64,000 bases of DNA from the NCBI GenBank assembly GCA_001600815.1, contig BCKZ01000013.1, positions 459,621-523,620 of the forward strand, in the 5' to 3' direction. The notes beneath the pieces are model-generated. The model did not search any database and had not been told where the DNA came from. It was given only the letters and a program-made list of their open reading frames with translations. Of the stretch, positions 58,707 to 64,000 are shown piece after piece; the first letter of the stretch is position 1, and each line of letters starts with the position of its first letter. The position numbers and the translations under genes were made by a program. This stretch comes from Alloascoidea hylecoeti. Taxonomy: Eukaryota.

Positions 58707-60806
58707 TGAATAAGAAGAGCCTCTATAGCAACCAAAACAGTTATATTAATATTATAGATTCGTTTTAAATAATAGAAGGAATATCGAAATTCAATACTTT
58801 GAACTGTTTCAACAGTATTTAGTGAAAAAGAAGTAGAATTTTAGAAAGGTAAGAAAGAAGAAAGAGAAAAGAAAAATAAGGTATTTATAACCGGAAATAA
58901 AAAGGCGTAGTAATTATAAGCGGTTGAAGTTAATACAAGAATGAGTATATGTTAAGCATAATACCAATTCTAACTTCTATTTTTTTTTTTGACTATAAAT
59001 AAACTCATCCGCATTGAAAATAGAATATACTATTCAATATGGTGTGTCATTATAATAAAATATGTATTATGTTTACCAGCATATATCAAAATGTGCACGA
59101 TATCGTTAACAATGATATAAAAATATAATATTTTCACCAATGAACATTAATTATAATTGTTCCTTAGTAAATTCTTGTAATTACTTCAAATTAAAATGAA
59201 CCCTGTCGCTGGTCCATGTCATATAAATTGCAACTTCCATATCCAATTAACTATGCCTAATATCAATATTAATATCATTACAACATCAGAAAGTATACCA
59301 GTTCGTCATTTGATTAATCTTTTTTCAAATACTTATATAACGATATCATCCAAAACACAAGCGCTTACTAAGTTCTTTTCAAAAAATATCAATTCTGTGT
59401 TGAAAATAACCTTCGAGACCAGCATCAGCCGTATGTATCGATGGGCATGCTGAATTGAAACCGAATTGAATTAAGTAACCATGGTCATGATAACATTATA
59501 TTACAGTGCCATTCACAGCTGATATAAACACAATTCCACAAGCTAGCTCGGACTACGAACCAGGTTCAACCAACTGCAACAATAATTGAGATAACTATAT
59601 AAAAAGTATATTATATTATTTACAGTCAACTATGCTAATCATAAACTGTTCAAACCGTTTACATATAAGTCATGATCGATATCAGGCAAATTTCTGTTGT
59701 GACAATTAACTTCCATATGTAGGTGTGCTACGGTATCACGGCTTTAAATTCGTTCATGATCATTAATATATTGAAAACAACATTGATATTCCTCTCTTGA
59801 TCTTTTTTTTTTTCAATTTTAGATTGTACATCGATCGTGAACTGCTGCACCCCAATTGTAACAGAATTATAGTTATTATCATTATCGATCAGCGTATTAT
59901 ATCTAGTGAGCCTTCTTACAAATCATTATGACATACACTGTATAATAGTGTATATATTATTGATTAATGACAATATTACATCTAGTTGTAAACTTTATAT
60001 AATATAGCTGATATTAATAGTTGTATCATTCATTAATATTATTTTAATTTGATATAAAAAATATTCAAACCAAGGAGTGATCGTTGCAATATTACTTCAC
60101 TGATAATAAGTGACATATGAATTTTAGAATGCCCCACATCTGTCAAACAATTCAAGTTTAGCTAGCTATAATGTAAACTTTCCTAGAGTAAAGATTACAG
60201 GTTTCGTTCAGTGAAGACTCAATTTCCTGTTAGACCTTCACACTGTTCACAAATATTGAACCCAGTTATCTGCATCCTAACAATTCTATGTTGTTATCTC
60301 AAGATGATTAACAATATTCCTTCACCATCAGTAATAAAAAAATAAAACGATTACAATATTATTAATATTGGTGGTTACATGTTGTTATTATTTAAAAATA
60401 TAAGTAAATTCTTTACCCTAAATCAACTATCCCAACAAGAACCAGATGATGAATCTACCGGTAGGCTTTATCGAATAAGCAAAGACTGTTTTTCGAGGAT
60501 AGGTGTGATCATGAACATTGATGAACCGTCTGCACACGTTTACTTTTTGGATGCTTCGGCATTATTTTGGAAATGATTGCAAAGACATATTAAAGTTGGA
60601 TGGTCATAATTGCCTCTAGTTTATGATCAAACAGCTCATAAAGCGCATCGTATACGGGTCCGTAATAATCCCACTGAATCGCATGAGCTTGCCAGGCTGA
60701 AGACCGATAGTCGGGAGTGGTTTTTCAGGATTTCTTTTTTTCCTTGGGGGAGATCACCATGCAACATATGAAAGAGATCAGGACCGTTGTATAGAACTCC
60801 TAGACA

Positions 60807-60830
60807 GATAGATAGATAGATAGATAGATA
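60807..60830. repeat. (GATA)6 microsatellite
   Basis: Read directly from the sequence. Confidence 0.95.
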
Positions 60831-62051
60831 CGAGACTCACCAAACACTCTATTTGGAGGTATCAGATAATCAGAGTGATCTGAAGCTAACAGTTATGTCG
60901 ATGGAGGTGACAGTCAAACTGGTACCAAAACTAGAAATTCTATAACTACGAATACAAACTCCATTGGGGCCATTTCACAGCTGATACTAACGATATTTTT
61001 TTTTCAATTGCAAAGAAATGCATGATGTGTACTGTCATCTTTTATCACTTTTATTAACAGGAAGTATCTTGGTCAATTGAAATTAAAAGACCGCTAAAAT
61101 TATTACCCAAATAGACCATTAATATTCTCTATCCTATGTGCTGACATTTGTGGTCAATTAAACAAAAACAGAAATTTACCTAGATATTTCTCATTAATAA
61201 AAGATGACAATACATATAGGCCTACATAACACATTGATTTGTCCCATCATGAAATATCAATATGTAACAAATTACATTGTACATCTAGACTTAGATACGG
61301 AACAAACGCCCAAATCCATCATCGTAGGGACGCTGGTTTACTCAAATCCATCAAGCTCAACAGCAATGAAGACTATGAACATCTTGAAATACACTTTTCA
61401 ATGCTATTGGTAAATCTTTCACATTCGACCCATAAAACTATTAATCCAGTATTTGTTTCTTTTTTTCAAACAGGCTTGGGTGCTGATCAGTGTATAACGA
61501 ATTGGTTTGTAGTTCAGTTAATGATTAATTAATAAAATCATAGAGTTTATCATCGTTAGAATCATTATATATCTTAACTACAAACCAATTCGTCATAGTC
61601 TGATTTCGCAGTGATTTTTTAGTGGGGATTTTGCCTGTTGTGGAAGAGTTCATGGTTATAAATAAATGTTTGCTGAAATGGGAATACTTTTCAGAGGTCC
61701 AGGTTCATAGATTAGCTATAGACGAGAATCTTAGAATTAACACTAGTGGCAGGATGGAAACAATTTATAAACGAAATCCTCGATGTTAGTGAACAATGCG
61801 TTACACATGGTGAATTCGATGTTGCACTCTCTAGATGCACTAATAGTCTAATACTAAGAATGTTCACATTAAGCCTCTGATCATGAGTAAATCTTAAAGA
61901 ATAGCAATATATATATTATTTTATCGCCTATTATTTTGAGGAAGTGAACATAAACAACGTTTGATGTTCGTATAATGTTCGTATAAGCTTACAGCTATCA
62001 TTACGATACTATATTATAATTTCACTCGTCTAAGTTTCTTCTACCGGTAAG

Positions 62052-63165
62052 CTATAAGGTTACATCAAAAATTAAATTAAAAACTAGAGGGACATTTCTT
62101 GGCTCAACTACATTTATTCCTGAAGGAATAACCTGAATATTGGAATCAGTTGCAACTGCTGAAAGATTAGACAGAGCAATTGAAATCTGTAGATTGTCCA
62201 TACCATAAACAAGATAGATTGATCTTAAAAAGTTATCACATAGTATAGTTAATCCCTGGCCTATATCTGTTGACTAAAGTCTAAAATAAGATCTAGAATC
62301 AACCCCACCATCATCTAATTCGATTGACATGACGAGGTCCGAAAGTTTGATTTTGATAGTAACACACCCGAGGTTAAATTCAAGAATTCTTTGATCGTTT
62401 GGTAAAGTGCATTCGGTCGTGATAAACGCTCCAGAAGTGTGTTTAATCCAACAGATCCTAATATTGGCGACAAAATGAAAAGTGGTAGAAGAGTAATAGT
62501 GGTACTAGAATCTAAAAGTGCGCTTTGTTTAACTGGAATAGTTTTCCCATCAAAAATAATGCTGTCTAAATTGTTAGCCAAAGGTGGTCAGGGAGTTAAC
62601 GGGAGATTATATAAATCTCCTGTCCTGTATATAAATTACTATCAACTCCACCAAAGATAAGAATTCCTGTGTAGGAATTAGTAGAGTGAAAAAAGAGAGA
62701 AAAAACACCAGATTTTGTAAATCCAGAGTCAACCAAAGCATGCGTATAATTACGGTAACCGCAATATTCTAGACTTCCCTTGCCCGCAAAAATACCATCG
62801 AATCCAAGACCAATAACCCCATATGCACGAGAGTTGCTCTTTGATAATCTCAAGGTAAACTCTTTAACTGTTTGTCTAGCAATAGATAAATCATCCTTAA
62901 ACCACTCGCCTGTTGCGTTACTATTATCCGCATACTTTGTATAAAATTTATCATTAAGATGTTTATAAGTACTGGATAACGATTTATCAAAACTACCCCA
63001 ACTTAAATTGCCTGGGTTATGATCAATTTCAGCTTCTTTAGAAAGAATCCATAAATCATTCGAACCAGTATCGACTTGAACGGTAACCTTTTGAGGAGGA
63101 TTTCCAACTTCAATGTCAATACCATACCAATAACGATTCATAGATGGTAAGATGCGCATTAACAA
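62052..63165 (-). pseudogene. A1 aspartic protease (yapsin/Sap-like) pseudogene
   Basis: VGNPPQKVTVQVDTGSNDLW, KYADNS, LIFGGVD, ALLDSSTT, ILCDNFLRSIYLVY. Frameshift at about 62620, in-frame stops at about 62590 and 62275, no signal/pro region. Confidence 0.88.
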
Positions 63166-63394
63166 CTATATAATTTTATTCTCAAGTGTAACACATAATT
63201 ATTTGAACAATTTGTGGTTAGTTTAACTTTTACATGAAATGTAATGAGAAGTTTATCTCGTAATATATGCATATAATGATATTATTATAATTGTATTTAA
63301 GGTTAACAATCGCACGACTTGGGGTAAAAAATTTATGGTGTTTTGTGTTAATATCGTCCAATTGCTGACTGATATATTCACCAATATCAGAGAA

Positions 63395-63605
63395 TATATT
63401 AGCCTAAAGGTTAAATTATTAATTCGGCCACATCATGCTTAAAGGTTCGACCACTTCTTGAAATTATTCGGCTACGAATTGAGCTAATATTAGGCCACAT
63501 CACTCACTAAATATTCGACCATACCGTTTAAATGATCGACCACCTTACACTAGTTTCAGGCCACCTATACTTGCAAACTAAATACTTTTTAATACATTCG
63601 GCTAA
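63395..63605 (+). repeat. Phased array of a degenerate TTCG(G/A)CCAC core with 21-24 bp period
   Basis: Cores start at 63399, 63423, 63446, 63467, 63490, 63514, 63535, 63556 and 63597. Confidence 0.7.
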
Positions 63606-64000
63606 GCAATAAAGTTGTGCCCTTTTTTGGACACCACTCCAAATAAAAATGACAATATTATAACCAGCTCCTGTGTAACTTACAAAGCCTTAAATTGTTC
63701 TTAAAATAGCGCATAGTATTCCGTGGATTCAAGAGATTATATTAGTTGATGTAAAATAATTTTTCAAAACTAGTATTTAGTGTCTGCGCCCTTAACGCCA
63801 TAGATGGATCGGCCACCCTATCTTGCATGGACACGAAAAGTTTGTGGGAAGAGACATAAGAATTATGTAATTGCTCACCTTTACAACAAATGGAAGGCTC
63901 ATAATCACAATTCCTCCCATATGAACTTTCATGAGGAGATTCCAGATGGGCTCAATTAGATTCACAATTTAGGTCGAGTGAAAAATGCGGCCATTCCAAT

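Noticed and set aside
59196..61532. Short ORFs and coding-like patches between the F-box gene and the protease pseudogene
   Set aside because: May be decayed genes (for example an LLHIDIS kinase-like fragment), but no consistent motif series supports a call.
63395..63605. CRISPR array interpretation of the repeat-spacer pattern
   Set aside because: Eukaryotic context, degenerate core of about 9 bp, spacers too short, no cas genes.

Overview
AT-rich eukaryotic DNA from a budding yeast (Saccharomycotina; short spliceosomal introns with relaxed signals; CUG read as Leu). Contents in order: 3' end of a GPI-anchored Ser/Thr-rich wall protein; a tandem array of six UBC6/UBE2J-like E2 copies (3 intact, 3 pseudogenes), all lacking the usual ER tail anchor; a C2H2 factor; formate dehydrogenase; a 4-exon Zn2Cys6 factor; an orphan tail-anchored protein with a Ty1/copia Gag-like core; VMA4; two DLD1-like paralogues without a mitochondrial presequence (one ends in PTS1 -SRL) that share an identical central tract; U6 snRNA with a downstream B box; PXA2-like ABCD transporter; peroxisomal heme peroxidase (-AKL); a divergent sHSP; RRD1; NUP192; tRNA-Gly(UCC); a second Zn2Cys6 factor; VPS36; an F-box protein; an aspartic protease pseudogene. 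A dispersed TTCGGCCAC-core repeat forms a MITE-like element and a phased 21-24 bp array. Family calls are by-eye recognition, not database searches.
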